Assembly (NCBI GenBank): GCA_001821765.1
Contig: MHOA01000013.1
Location: 15,456-79,455, forward strand
From: Candidatus Ryanbacteria bacterium RIFCSPLOWO2_12_FULL_44_26
Lineage (GTDB): Bacteria; Patescibacteriota; Minisyncoccia; Ryanbacterales; HO2-45-13
Reading direction: 5' to 3'
DNA length: 64,000 nt
Positions 1-8,917 of this stretch are shown here, one piece after another. The notes below the pieces were generated by a model. It had not been told where the DNA came from. It ran no database searches and worked only from the letters and a program-made list of their open reading frames with translations. A program made the translations under genes and the position numbers. Each line of letters begins with the position of its first letter. Within the stretch, counting starts at the first letter, position 1.

Positions 1-806
1 ACTCCATTCTGGGCGGGAGGAATTTCTACTGGCACTGCGGGATGGCGTGGTTATATAAAATGAATCCGCTTAAGCAAATGTTCTTTCGGGTTGTACTACG
101 ATACTCAACGCTTGTTACCGGCACCGAAGGCATGAAACAGATGTATATAAGAAGATATGGCTTGATTGAAGAGAAAGTAAAGGTGATGCCAAACTGGATT
201 CATTTGGAACGATTTGCCCAATGGAAAGAGAAAAAAGAAGAAGCAAGAAATATGCTTGGTATCCCGAAAGAGAAGAAGGTTGTGCTTTTTGTGCACCATC
301 TCTCAAAAAGAAAGGGGGTTCATAGGATCGTGCCGGTTGCCCAAAGACTTCTGGATATTGCGGACATTCTTTTTTTGGTTGTTGGTTCCGGGCCGGAAGA
401 GGAATATTTAAAATCTGAAATAAAGCTTTTGTCCGCAGGGAAAGAAAAATTGGAGAACAGCATTCGTCTTGAAGGTTCCGTCCCAAATAAAGAAATACCA
501 AAATACCTCGCGGCTGCAGACATATTTTTTATGCCATCTGATGAGGAAGGATTTCCCCGCTCTCTTTTAGAGGCAATGGCCATGGGTGTTCCGTTTGTAG
601 CGAGCAATGTGGGCGGCATTCCGGAAATTATTCCAAGCGACGCACAAGCTTATATCACTAACCCCGAAGATATAGAAGGATATGCAAATAAAATAAAAGC
701 GCTCCTCACACAGGATAGCAGTATTGCAACTATGTTTAAGCGTCATGCAGAGCAATATGGCATCAACCGTGTTTTGCCGCGTTTTCTCAATATCCTCAAA
801 TTTTAA
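1..806 (+). CDS. Glycosyltransferase family 1 (GT4-like), C-terminal part; the gene starts upstream of the window
   Basis: The frame is open from the window edge. The C-terminal GT1 signature EGFPRSLLEAMAMGVPFVASNVGGIPEII is present. Confidence 0.7.
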   Translation, partial: SILGGRNFYWHCGMAWLYKMNPLKQMFFRVVLRYSTLVTGTEGMKQMYIRRYGLIEEKVKVMPNWIHLERFAQWKEKKEEARNMLGIPKEKKVVLFVHHLSKRKGVHRIVPVAQRLLDIADILFLVVGSGPEEEYLKSEIKLLSAGKEKLENSIRLEGSVPNKEIPKYLAAADIFFMPSDEEGFPRSLLEAMAMGVPFVASNVGGIPEIIPSDAQAYITNPEDIEGYANKIKALLTQDSSIATMFKRHAEQYGINRVLPRFLNILKF

Positions 807-816
807 AAAATGGAAG

Positions 817-2274
817 TCAAATTGTTTCTACCCGATAGAGCGTCAGGAATAACCCCTCAAATAGCGTTTGAGTATTGCGGCTAGAGGGATCATTAAGCTG
901 GAAAAACTTATTCTCAAGGGCATATTGGGAGACGACGAGGAAGCAGGGTTTTTTTAGCATTGTTTTTTCTGTAACGATAATGGGTTTTTGAGGATTTCTG
1001 TAGTAGTTTATCGTTTCATGTGATGGCCAAGAAAATATATACACTGGTATTGCCTCCGATTTTATAAGTTCCCCAATAATTTTTTCTTCCTCGGCAGATC
1101 TGGTAAGACTAGATCCCATAGGCAAAAGCATTGTGCCATGTTCAGTGGGAAAGAAGATCTGTATAACCGTTGCAGTGAAAGCAGTTATGACGAGAGCGGA
1201 GACAGTAATGACAGTCATATACGGCCACCTTAACTTTGCCTTTCTGATCAGTGGTATGCCTGTACTTACTATAAAGAGCGCCATAAACGGAAACAGCGGT
1301 GCAATATAGAAAAAAAGTTTGGACGCTGAACTTCCAAATAGAAACAACATAAAAAGCGCGATGGATAAAGTTGTCAATTGAGCTTTCCTGCGAAAGAAAT
1401 TTCTCCAACCAGTAAGCAAAAAAGCTATAAGTACAATAACAAAAACGGCTGTCCACGGTTCAACAAACTTGATGAGGTGTTTGGTATAGTAAAACGGTAT
1501 TTGCGTTCCTATAACAGGGTTTGCGTAACGGCCTACTATGTTGCTTATTAAGTGGTTCCAGAAACTTTCTCCGTATAGTATGTGTTGCTGAATAAGCCAC
1601 GGGAGCAATATGGCGGTCATCAGCAATATACCAAACCAGAAATATCTGCTTAAAAGCCAATCCCACCTTTGATATATCAGTGAATGAATGAAGAAAAGTG
1701 GAATGGCAAGAAGACCAATAACGCTTTTAAGCAGAACTCCAACGGCAATTCCCATTCCAACGCCAATGTACCATGCCGGCTGATGCACACCTCTTATAAA
1801 TGCGTAGAAAGTAAAAAGAATTGCTGTAGTGACAGGGATATCCATACGTACTTGCCTGCCGCTAAATATAAAAATGGTTGTGGTAAGCAGAATAAAAGCG
1901 GCCCCTAAAGCGACTGTAGGGTCGCGGAAAAGGCGTAGCCCCATAAGCCATGTAAGAATGATCGCTAAGACAATGAAGAAAGCAGATGGGAGCCGGAGCG
2001 CAAGTTCCGTCTCGCCGAATATTCCCACGCTTGCCGCCATCATCCAGAACAGAAGTGGCGGTTTGTCGAACCACGGCTCTCCGTCTTTTGTAAAAGAAAG
2101 TAAATCTTTTCTCTGCAGGCTTTCATGGAGCACCTGCGCATATGTGGCTTCGTCATAGTCGATGAACGCGGAGCTGCCCAACTGAAAAAAAGAAAGAAAA
2201 AGTGCAGTAAGGAGCAATAAAGTGAAGATAAACCTGTAGTGAGTTTCATTTGCTATGTTCATGTCAGTCATCAT
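817..2274 (-). CDS. GT-C fold ArnT/PMT_2-family polyprenyl-phosphate-sugar dependent glycosyltransferase (membrane)
   Basis: About 12 hydrophobic helices. The first-loop motif DYDEATYAQV...DGEPWFDKPPLLFWMM is typical of ArnT/PMT_2. Confidence 0.7.
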   Translation of the reverse strand: MMTDMNIANETHYRFIFTLLLLTALFLSFFQLGSSAFIDYDEATYAQVLHESLQRKDLLSFTKDGEPWFDKPPLLFWMMAASVGIFGETELALRLPSAFFIVLAIILTWLMGLRLFRDPTVALGAAFILLTTTIFIFSGRQVRMDIPVTTAILFTFYAFIRGVHQPAWYIGVGMGIAVGVLLKSVIGLLAIPLFFIHSLIYQRWDWLLSRYFWFGILLMTAILLPWLIQQHILYGESFWNHLISNIVGRYANPVIGTQIPFYYTKHLIKFVEPWTAVFVIVLIAFLLTGWRNFFRRKAQLTTLSIALFMLFLFGSSASKLFFYIAPLFPFMALFIVSTGIPLIRKAKLRWPYMTVITVSALVITAFTATVIQIFFPTEHGTMLLPMGSSLTRSAEEEKIIGELIKSEAIPVYIFSWPSHETINYYRNPQKPIIVTEKTMLKKPCFLVVSQYALENKFFQLNDPSSRNTQTLFEGLFLTLYRVETI

Positions 2275-2405
2275 TATGGGTGAATCTGTCTAAACTGGCA
2301 AATTGCATAAAAAATGAGCGGCTCGTTTTATGCCGCAATAGTGGCGTAAACAGAGGAAACCTGCTATATTTTTATTTACACGAATCTCGTTAGAGTTTAC
2401 AGCCT

Positions 2406-2510
2406 TATGAATTTCGTTTATCAAATAAGCAGCGCACATCCAAGAATCATGTTTACTGGTCATTATAATGTACGGAAATGCATTCAGCATTTCCTATCTC
2501 TAACGGGATG
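2406..2510 (+). repeat. Copy A of a conserved ~105-nt intergenic element (palindromic CATTATAATG, then hairpin GGAAATGC-ATTCA-GCATTTCC, then TATCTCTAACGGG-ATG)
   Basis: About 80-85% identical to 20072..20173 and 48499..48604. It lies directly upstream of the carbamoyltransferase start codon. Confidence 0.7.
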
Positions 2511-4322
2511 AATATTTTAGGAATTTCTGCTTTTTATCATGACAGCGCAGCTTGTCTTGTCCGCGACGGAAAAATTGTTGCAGCCGCACAAGAAGAGCGG
2601 TTTACCAGAAAAAAGCATGATTATTCTTTTCCTCAAAACGCTATTCGGTATTGTCTTAAAGAAGGGGGTCTTTCGGAAAGTGATATAAACTACGTCGCTT
2701 TTTATGATAAGCCATTTTTGAAGTTTGAGCGGATTCTTGAAACATATTTGGAGTATGCCCCCCGAGGTGTTCGGTCTTTTATAAAAGCAATGCCGCTTTG
2801 GATAAAGCAAAAGTTGTGGATTAGGGAGCTTATTCAAAAGGAACTTGCATATAAGAACGAAATTATTTTTCTTGAGCACCACGAATCTCACGCCGCCTCT
2901 GCCTTTTTTCCTTCTCCCTATCAGCATGCAGCGTTTCTGACGATGGATGGAGTTGGGGAGTGGGCTACGTCCAGTTTCGGAGTTGGTGAAGACAATCGCA
3001 TTCGGATTATTGCTGATATCCGTTTTCCCCACTCATTAGGGCTTTTATACTCGGCGTTTACATACTTTTGCGGCTTTAAGGTGAATTCCGGTGAATATAA
3101 ACTTATGGGGTTGGCTCCATATGGAGAAGAGGTTTATAAGGAGCTTATTTTAGAAAAGCTTGTTGATGTGAAGGAAGATGGTTCGTTTCGGATGAACATG
3201 GATTATTTTAATTATCCTTCCGGTCTTAAGATGACAAATAAAAAATTTGAGAAGCTCTTCGGCGGGCCGCCGAGGGCCGCGGAGTCAACGATAACACAGA
3301 GAGAAATGGACATCGCCCGTTCTATTCAGGAAGTTGTTGAGGAGATTGTGCTGCGAATGGGAAAGCATGTGTACAAAGAGACGAAAAAGGAGATGTTATG
3401 CCTCGCCGGCGGTGTTGCGCTAAACTGTGTGGCAAACGGCAAACTCCTTCGTGAAGGGCCGTTTAAGGACATATGGATTCAGCCGGCTGCGGGAGATGCC
3501 GGAGGGGCGGTTGGAGCGGCGCTGCTGGTTTGGTATCAGTATCTCCATAACAAACGTGAAGCCGGCAAAAACGATGCAATGCAGGGGGCGTATCTCGGGC
3601 CTTCCTACAGCAATGATGTTATAAAGCAGTTTTTACAGCAGAACGATATTTCTTTTACAGAGCTTTCAACGGACGAGATTCCGAAGCGAGTCTCCGATCT
3701 TATTGCAGATCAAAAAGTTGTCGGATGGTTCGAAGGGCGTATGGAGTTTGGTCCAAGGGCGCTTGGATCCCGCTCTATTCTAGGAGACGCTCGTTCTGCA
3801 AATATGCAGGAAATTATAAATGTAAAAATTAAATTTCGCGAATCGTTCCGTCCATTTGCGCCATCGGTCTTGGAAGAAAAAGCCGGGGACTATTTTGATA
3901 TTGATCGGCCATCCCCCTATATGTTGCTGGTTACGCCTGTAAAGCATAAGAAGAGAAAGCATATAAGTCCAAGAGATCAACACTTCACGGGGTTTAAAAA
4001 ATTACGGGTAGTACGGTCAGAGGTTCCTGCAGTAACGCACGTTGATTATTCAGCCCGTATTCAGACGGTCTCTCCCGACACAAATCCGCTTTATTACGCT
4101 ATGATAAAGCGGTTTTGGGAAGATTATGGCTGCCCTATTATTATAAATACGTCCTTTAATGTAAGAGGGGAGCCGATTGTTTGCACGCCCCAAGATGCGT
4201 ACAAATGCTTTATGCGCACCAACATGGATTACCTGCTTATGGGAAATTTTCTGCTTGATAAAAAGGATCAAAAACAAATTACGAGCGACAGCGCTTGGGA
4301 AAAGGGGCGCGAGCTGGATTAA
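2508..4322 (+). CDS. NodU/CmcH-family O-carbamoyltransferase
   Basis: N-terminal MNILGISAFYHDSAACLVRDGKIVAAAQEERFTRKKHD is typical of the NodU/CmcH family, and the length is about 600 aa. The start was chosen at MNILGIS, immediately after the repeat element. Confidence 0.85.
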   Translation: MNILGISAFYHDSAACLVRDGKIVAAAQEERFTRKKHDYSFPQNAIRYCLKEGGLSESDINYVAFYDKPFLKFERILETYLEYAPRGVRSFIKAMPLWIKQKLWIRELIQKELAYKNEIIFLEHHESHAASAFFPSPYQHAAFLTMDGVGEWATSSFGVGEDNRIRIIADIRFPHSLGLLYSAFTYFCGFKVNSGEYKLMGLAPYGEEVYKELILEKLVDVKEDGSFRMNMDYFNYPSGLKMTNKKFEKLFGGPPRAAESTITQREMDIARSIQEVVEEIVLRMGKHVYKETKKEMLCLAGGVALNCVANGKLLREGPFKDIWIQPAAGDAGGAVGAALLVWYQYLHNKREAGKNDAMQGAYLGPSYSNDVIKQFLQQNDISFTELSTDEIPKRVSDLIADQKVVGWFEGRMEFGPRALGSRSILGDARSANMQEIINVKIKFRESFRPFAPSVLEEKAGDYFDIDRPSPYMLLVTPVKHKKRKHISPRDQHFTGFKKLRVVRSEVPAVTHVDYSARIQTVSPDTNPLYYAMIKRFWEDYGCPIIINTSFNVRGEPIVCTPQDAYKCFMRTNMDYLLMGNFLLDKKDQKQITSDSAWEKGRELD

Positions 4323-4332
4323 ATAATGTATC

Positions 4333-4749
4333 ATGACTTATAAACAACTAAAATACATGTCGGGGGACAGAAAAGATTTAAGAAAATTCGGCATCACCAT
4401 CGGTGTTGTGTTTATGATGCTTGGGGTGTTATTTTTTTTGAAAGGCGGGCACAACGCAGTGTATCTTCTCTTTTTAGGAGTCGTGTTCACCGTGCTAGGA
4501 GTTACAGTCCCGCTTTTGTTAAAACCTTTTTATAGAATATGGATGACCGCAGCGGACATGCTCGGCCAGCTTGTTACAGGCATCATTTTGTGTATTCTGT
4601 TTTATATAGTGATAACCCCTCTCGGCTTTATTGCAAAACTTTTAGGCAAGCATTTTGTTGATCTGGGGTTTTACGTTAAGCAAGAAAGTTACTGGAATTA
4701 TAAGGAGCAAAAAGAGTTGGTAAACAGTGACTATGAACGGCAGTTCTAG
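4333..4749 (+). CDS. SxtJ-like small membrane protein (carbamoyltransferase-associated)
   Basis: 138 aa with 3-4 TM helices. Size and position match the sxtI-sxtJ-sxtK arrangement, directly downstream of the carbamoyltransferase. Confidence 0.45.
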   Translation: MTYKQLKYMSGDRKDLRKFGITIGVVFMMLGVLFFLKGGHNAVYLLFLGVVFTVLGVTVPLLLKPFYRIWMTAADMLGQLVTGIILCILFYIVITPLGFIAKLLGKHFVDLGFYVKQESYWNYKEQKELVNSDYERQF

Positions 4750-6013
4750 AAAAAAGATTTTCGTTGCCGGATCGGGTGTTTTTTTTATACTGGTCGGCCT
4801 TTTTTTAAATGAATGGCTTATTGCTTCCTGGTTTACTTACAGTGGCGCTCTTTCAGTAAAAGATCGCATTGCGGTTTGGATATTTGACATCTTGATGGTG
4901 GGGATGGGTGTTCTTTTGATTGTGTTGAGGGGGCGGGTTCATTTAACATTTGATAAGAAAAATTTTGCGCTATTTGTCGGCACTGTTGTATTTTTGTTTG
5001 TGCTTAGCGAGTTTTCCGCTCGGGTCATTGACCGTCTGCATGGAGGAGATTTTACCTATAACAAGGAACGTAATGAACAACAGCTTACACCGTTTCGAAT
5101 GTTCGGTCCTTCCTATTACGTGGAACAAGACGGCATAAGATATATTTCCAGTGTTCATAAGGAGCTGTACCCGTTTGAGAAAGGCAGGAACACCTATCGT
5201 ATTGTGGCATTTGGAGGGTCAACAACACAGAATGCAGTTGACGGGATACATTACCCCCTTGTTTTGGAACAGCTGCTTAAGGAGGAGTATCCTCAAAGAA
5301 ACATTGAAGTTATTAACATTGGCAATTCTGCTTATGCCACGCCCCATTTTATTATATCGCTTACGCTTGATGTAGTTTCATGGGAGAGTGACCTTATTAT
5401 TTTGAGTGAAAATATTAATGACCTCCTTGCTGGATATTTTCCTGACTTTCAACCTGATTATGCCAACAAATACAGGCATGCGGCATTTGTCCCGGAGATT
5501 TCAGCCCCCCGTATGTTATTGGGATGGTCGCGATTTTACTGGATAGTGAAGAGTCGCCTGGAAGCTTTGTCGTATCGTCTTGCTGACTATGGAGGCGTTG
5601 TTTTTAGACGCAGTTCCTATGGCAATGAGCCGCCGGTGGAAAGCCAGAAAATCTTCCGTCGCAATCTTCAAACGTTTGTTGAAATTGCGCGCGCCTATGA
5701 TATTCCTGTGGTACTGGGGACACAGCCGCTTGAAACGTCTGAGGAATATTGGAATCGCCATATGCGGTATAAGAAATACAACGGTATTGTTACTTATCCG
5801 CTGCACTCGGAGTTCATATCTCATCATCAAAGATTTAACGAAATTATTAGGGAAGTAGCGCGTGAGCAGAAGGCATATATCGTTGATAATGAAAAGATAT
5901 TTGCAGGAAAGAGCGTATTCTTTATTGATTTTGTGCATTACAGCAAAAAAGGGCTTGAGCAACTCGCTCGGAACTATTATAATGTTATTGTTTCCAACAA
6001 GTTCGTTCGCTAA
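4727..6013 (+). CDS. SGNH/GDSL-family hydrolase with N-terminal membrane anchor
   Basis: SGNH blocks are present: IVAFGGSTTQN (block I Ser), NIGNSAYAT (block III) and IDFVHYS (block V DxxH). N-terminal TM helices. Confidence 0.5.
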   Translation: MTMNGSSRKKIFVAGSGVFFILVGLFLNEWLIASWFTYSGALSVKDRIAVWIFDILMVGMGVLLIVLRGRVHLTFDKKNFALFVGTVVFLFVLSEFSARVIDRLHGGDFTYNKERNEQQLTPFRMFGPSYYVEQDGIRYISSVHKELYPFEKGRNTYRIVAFGGSTTQNAVDGIHYPLVLEQLLKEEYPQRNIEVINIGNSAYATPHFIISLTLDVVSWESDLIILSENINDLLAGYFPDFQPDYANKYRHAAFVPEISAPRMLLGWSRFYWIVKSRLEALSYRLADYGGVVFRRSSYGNEPPVESQKIFRRNLQTFVEIARAYDIPVVLGTQPLETSEEYWNRHMRYKKYNGIVTYPLHSEFISHHQRFNEIIREVAREQKAYIVDNEKIFAGKSVFFIDFVHYSKKGLEQLARNYYNVIVSNKFVR

Positions 6014-6101
6014 TCATTTGCGAATGTTATTATGACAAATACTTTCCAAAGCGGCATTCGTAACTATGTGAGTTTCATCAGAAACTAATGTGAGATCTTT
6101 T

Positions 6102-6260
6102 ATGTCAAAACTTTCCATTATTAAGGAACTTTGGGAATTTTTGCGAATTCGCAAAAAATGGTGGCTTGCGCCAATTGTTGTTTTTTTGGTCCTGCTCGGA
6201 GTTCTTATTGTCCTTACGGAGGGGTCGGCGGTAGCGCCGTTTATCTATACGTTATTTTGA
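6102..6260 (+). CDS. SxtK/DUF5989-like 52-aa membrane peptide (absent from the ORF track)
   Basis: Manual translation gives MSKLSIIKELWEFLRIRKKWWLAPIVVFLVLLGVLIVLTEGSAVAPFIYTLF. This family of ~50-aa peptides is characteristically found with carbamoyltransferase and SxtJ genes. Confidence 0.6.
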   Translation: MSKLSIIKELWEFLRIRKKWWLAPIVVFLVLLGVLIVLTEGSAVAPFIYTLF

Positions 6261-7093
6261 AACTTTTTGAATCCCCGAGAAATTCGCGCGATGTTGAACT
6301 CAACAATAAACCATCCTTTTATAACGTTTTCCACTGCGATAAGAAACAGCAAGACACCAAAAACCAAGGTAAGCCATGAGGTAAGCGGGTAGAACATGTA
6401 GTCAAGCAGGGTCAGTCGTTCAAACATCATAACGGCTCCCAAAACAAGAAGGATGATAAAAAATTCCTGGGTAAGGTGAAAAAGACGAGCGGGGATGTCA
6501 AACAGTTCCGGTTTCTCAAGGTTCCCATCAATGTCACCGTTTCCGTGTGTTGTGTTTGGAAGAAAGAAAAGCTCGGGGGATTTTATGTATTTTTTGATAA
6601 AGATCAGTTGCGATAAGCTGTTGGTTATTCGAATGACTATGAAAGAAAGCGCTGCTGTGACGCCTCCTATGTAAAGAAAAAGATCCGGTACCACTGTAAA
6701 CGGCGGCATCCCAAATGTGAAGCTCAGGAAAAAGACAGGAGGAATGATCAGATGATTTATTTCGTCTAGATAGATGCCTTTTAGTGACGCCCTTTTTTTA
6801 TATCTGGCTACTTCACCGTCGACCCTGTCAAGCAATGTGTGTACATATAAGGCCGCGATTCCTGTTATTTTTAACTCCCAGCTATCCTGGAAAACAAATA
6901 CGCACCCCACAATGCCCATAAGCAAGGCCGTTATGGTAATTTGGTTTGGGGTTATGGGGAATAACAGCAAAAAACGGGTTATGTAGATAGAGGGGCCACG
7001 CTGGAGGGTTTTATAACCAAATGGTCGTGACCATCCTTTTGGATGCACTTTTTCTTCCTGAAGCATTCTGCGTAATTCTTTAATTGACTCCAT
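6245..7093 (-). CDS. CDP-alcohol phosphatidyltransferase-family membrane protein
   Basis: LLDRVDGEVARYKKRASLKGIYLDE approximates the D-x2-DG-x2-AR...G...D signature. Multiple TM helices. Confidence 0.45.
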   Translation of the reverse strand: MESIKELRRMLQEEKVHPKGWSRPFGYKTLQRGPSIYITRFLLLFPITPNQITITALLMGIVGCVFVFQDSWELKITGIAALYVHTLLDRVDGEVARYKKRASLKGIYLDEINHLIIPPVFFLSFTFGMPPFTVVPDLFLYIGGVTAALSFIVIRITNSLSQLIFIKKYIKSPELFFLPNTTHGNGDIDGNLEKPELFDIPARLFHLTQEFFIILLVLGAVMMFERLTLLDYMFYPLTSWLTLVFGVLLFLIAVENVIKGWFIVEFNIARISRGFKKFQNNV

Positions 7094-7171
7094 AATATTC
7101 TAAATCCAAATTTGTAAAATCCAAATCACAAAACAAGCATATAAGCGCAAAATTTAAATGATAAAGCAATT

Positions 7172-8914
7172 TCATATATAAACTTTATTCTTTATTGAAC
7201 TAAATATCATATTTAAATTTGTTTTGTTATTTGTGCTTTGAATTTTGGATTTACTGTATTCATCTAGGATATCAAGAAGTGATTGCTGGGGTTTCCCATT
7301 GCTTCGCTGGATTTCTTCAATATGACGTACTGCCGTTGCAATATCTTTCTCTATCTCATAATAATATATTGCAAGATTTTCGTGGATAGGGAGGTAATGC
7401 GGGTTAAATGTTAATGCTTTTTCCCACGTGTCTCGTGCGTCCTCGAACCGGCCGAGTTTTAAAAAATAAAGAACGCCAAGGTTAAGATATGTATCGCTAT
7501 TGTATGGGTTTTTGGACAATTCCTTTTTAAATTCTTGTTCCGCCTCTTGAAAGCGGTTTGTGTAGTAATAAACAAGTCCGAGGTTGCCGTGAAGCACCTG
7601 TTCATCCGGATTTAGGGCGATGCCTTTTAGATACATCTCCTCGGCTTTATCATATATTCCCTTTTCCAGGTAAACGCTTCCCAGCCCGCTAAATGCTCTA
7701 GGGAGCGTGGGCGCGGTTTTTACCGCATGTTCCCAAAATTGCAGCCTATTTTTAAAGTTTTGGCTGTGTCGGATTGTAAGGAATGAGAAAACAAGGATAA
7801 GCAATACAATTGCTGCCGCAACACCGTGCTTTTCTGGTTTTATATTTTTTATAAAATCTATTTCCATAAGGATAATAAAAAGTCCTATCAGCGGAAGATA
7901 TATTCTGTGCTCGTAGAAGATGGGGGTCAACGATGGATCGTCTGTGAAAAACGAAGGCAGAAGAAAAACAAAAAACCACGCCGCGCCAAAGATAAGAAAT
8001 GGATATCGTTTTTCTTTGGAGAAAAACAAGAATAAAAGAACAAGAAGCATCGCGACCACTCCGTACATGAGCGTTGTATTTCCGAGCGTTGGCATTGCTG
8101 AAAGGTTAAACGGAAAGAAAATTTTCCCAACATAAAGCAGGATGGCGGGCGCATGTTCGACCATCGCTTTTATAATCTTAAATATTGGAAAGGCCGAAGC
8201 GCCGAGTGCCGCTTTTCTTGCGGCAAACCATATCAGCGTGAGGAGCAGCCATCCTGATGCGGGCCGGAGCAGACGGGCGTGCGCGTTTTTTATCCGCGCA
8301 ATCCCGTATGTGTAGAAGACTGCAAGCGGCAGAAAAAAAAGCGTTGACTCCTTCGTAAAAAGGGCTAAAAGATAAAAGAGCATGGAAACCGTATAGTGCT
8401 TCCACGTTGCAGTGTTTACATATCGGATGAAAAAGATGAATGCCAAAAGGATAAAAATCGTAAGCAGGCTGTCGTTTCTTCCGGGCAGCCATCCAACAGT
8501 TTGGGTGAGGATCGGGTGAGCGACAAATATGAGCGAAAAAAGAAGCGCAAGAGCTCGCTTGTATTGCATTGTTATAAGAAAGATGAAAAGCACGCTTGAA
8601 GCTGTAAGATGCAGGAGTATGTTTATAAGAAAATGCGGAAACGGAATTGCAGTGTTGCTAAAAAGCGCCCCGGCCATAAATGATACCGTAAGCATCGGAC
8701 GATAATAGGCAGACCGGTCAGTGGGATATAATATATCGTGCCTGAAAAACTGTAATATATTTGCAGGTTTGTTTAAAAAATGAAGGTTATGATGAATGAG
8801 TTTTGTGTCGTCGAAATAAACAAAGTCAAACGTCATGACAGGAGCATACATAATCCCTCCCAGCAACAGAATCCAAAGGAAAGGAAGATACCCTTTAAGC
8901 AGTGTGTGTTCCAT
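7172..8914 (-). CDS. TMTC-like GT-C glycosyltransferase fused to C-terminal TPR repeats
   Basis: N-terminal polytopic domain with FDFVYFDD (DD catalytic-loop motif). The C-terminal ~200 aa are TPR-like (AFSGLGSVYLEKGIYDKAEEMYLKGIALNP...). Confidence 0.6.
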   Translation of the reverse strand: MEHTLLKGYLPFLWILLLGGIMYAPVMTFDFVYFDDTKLIHHNLHFLNKPANILQFFRHDILYPTDRSAYYRPMLTVSFMAGALFSNTAIPFPHFLINILLHLTASSVLFIFLITMQYKRALALLFSLIFVAHPILTQTVGWLPGRNDSLLTIFILLAFIFFIRYVNTATWKHYTVSMLFYLLALFTKESTLFFLPLAVFYTYGIARIKNAHARLLRPASGWLLLTLIWFAARKAALGASAFPIFKIIKAMVEHAPAILLYVGKIFFPFNLSAMPTLGNTTLMYGVVAMLLVLLFLFFSKEKRYPFLIFGAAWFFVFLLPSFFTDDPSLTPIFYEHRIYLPLIGLFIILMEIDFIKNIKPEKHGVAAAIVLLILVFSFLTIRHSQNFKNRLQFWEHAVKTAPTLPRAFSGLGSVYLEKGIYDKAEEMYLKGIALNPDEQVLHGNLGLVYYYTNRFQEAEQEFKKELSKNPYNSDTYLNLGVLYFLKLGRFEDARDTWEKALTFNPHYLPIHENLAIYYYEIEKDIATAVRHIEEIQRSNGKPQQSLLDILDEYSKSKIQSTNNKTNLNMIFSSIKNKVYI

Positions 8915-8917
8915 GTG

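Noticed and set aside
2290-2490. 66-aa minus-strand ORF overlapping repeat copy A
   Set aside because: It lies within the conserved noncoding element that is repeated elsewhere without any ORF. It is probably a chance ORF.
7094-7260. AAATCCAAA ... TTTGGATTT inverted repeat about 130 nt apart in an AT-rich region
   Set aside because: The 3' arm lies inside the C-terminal coding region of the TPR/GT-C gene. The arms are short and the region is AT-rich, so this is likely coincidental.
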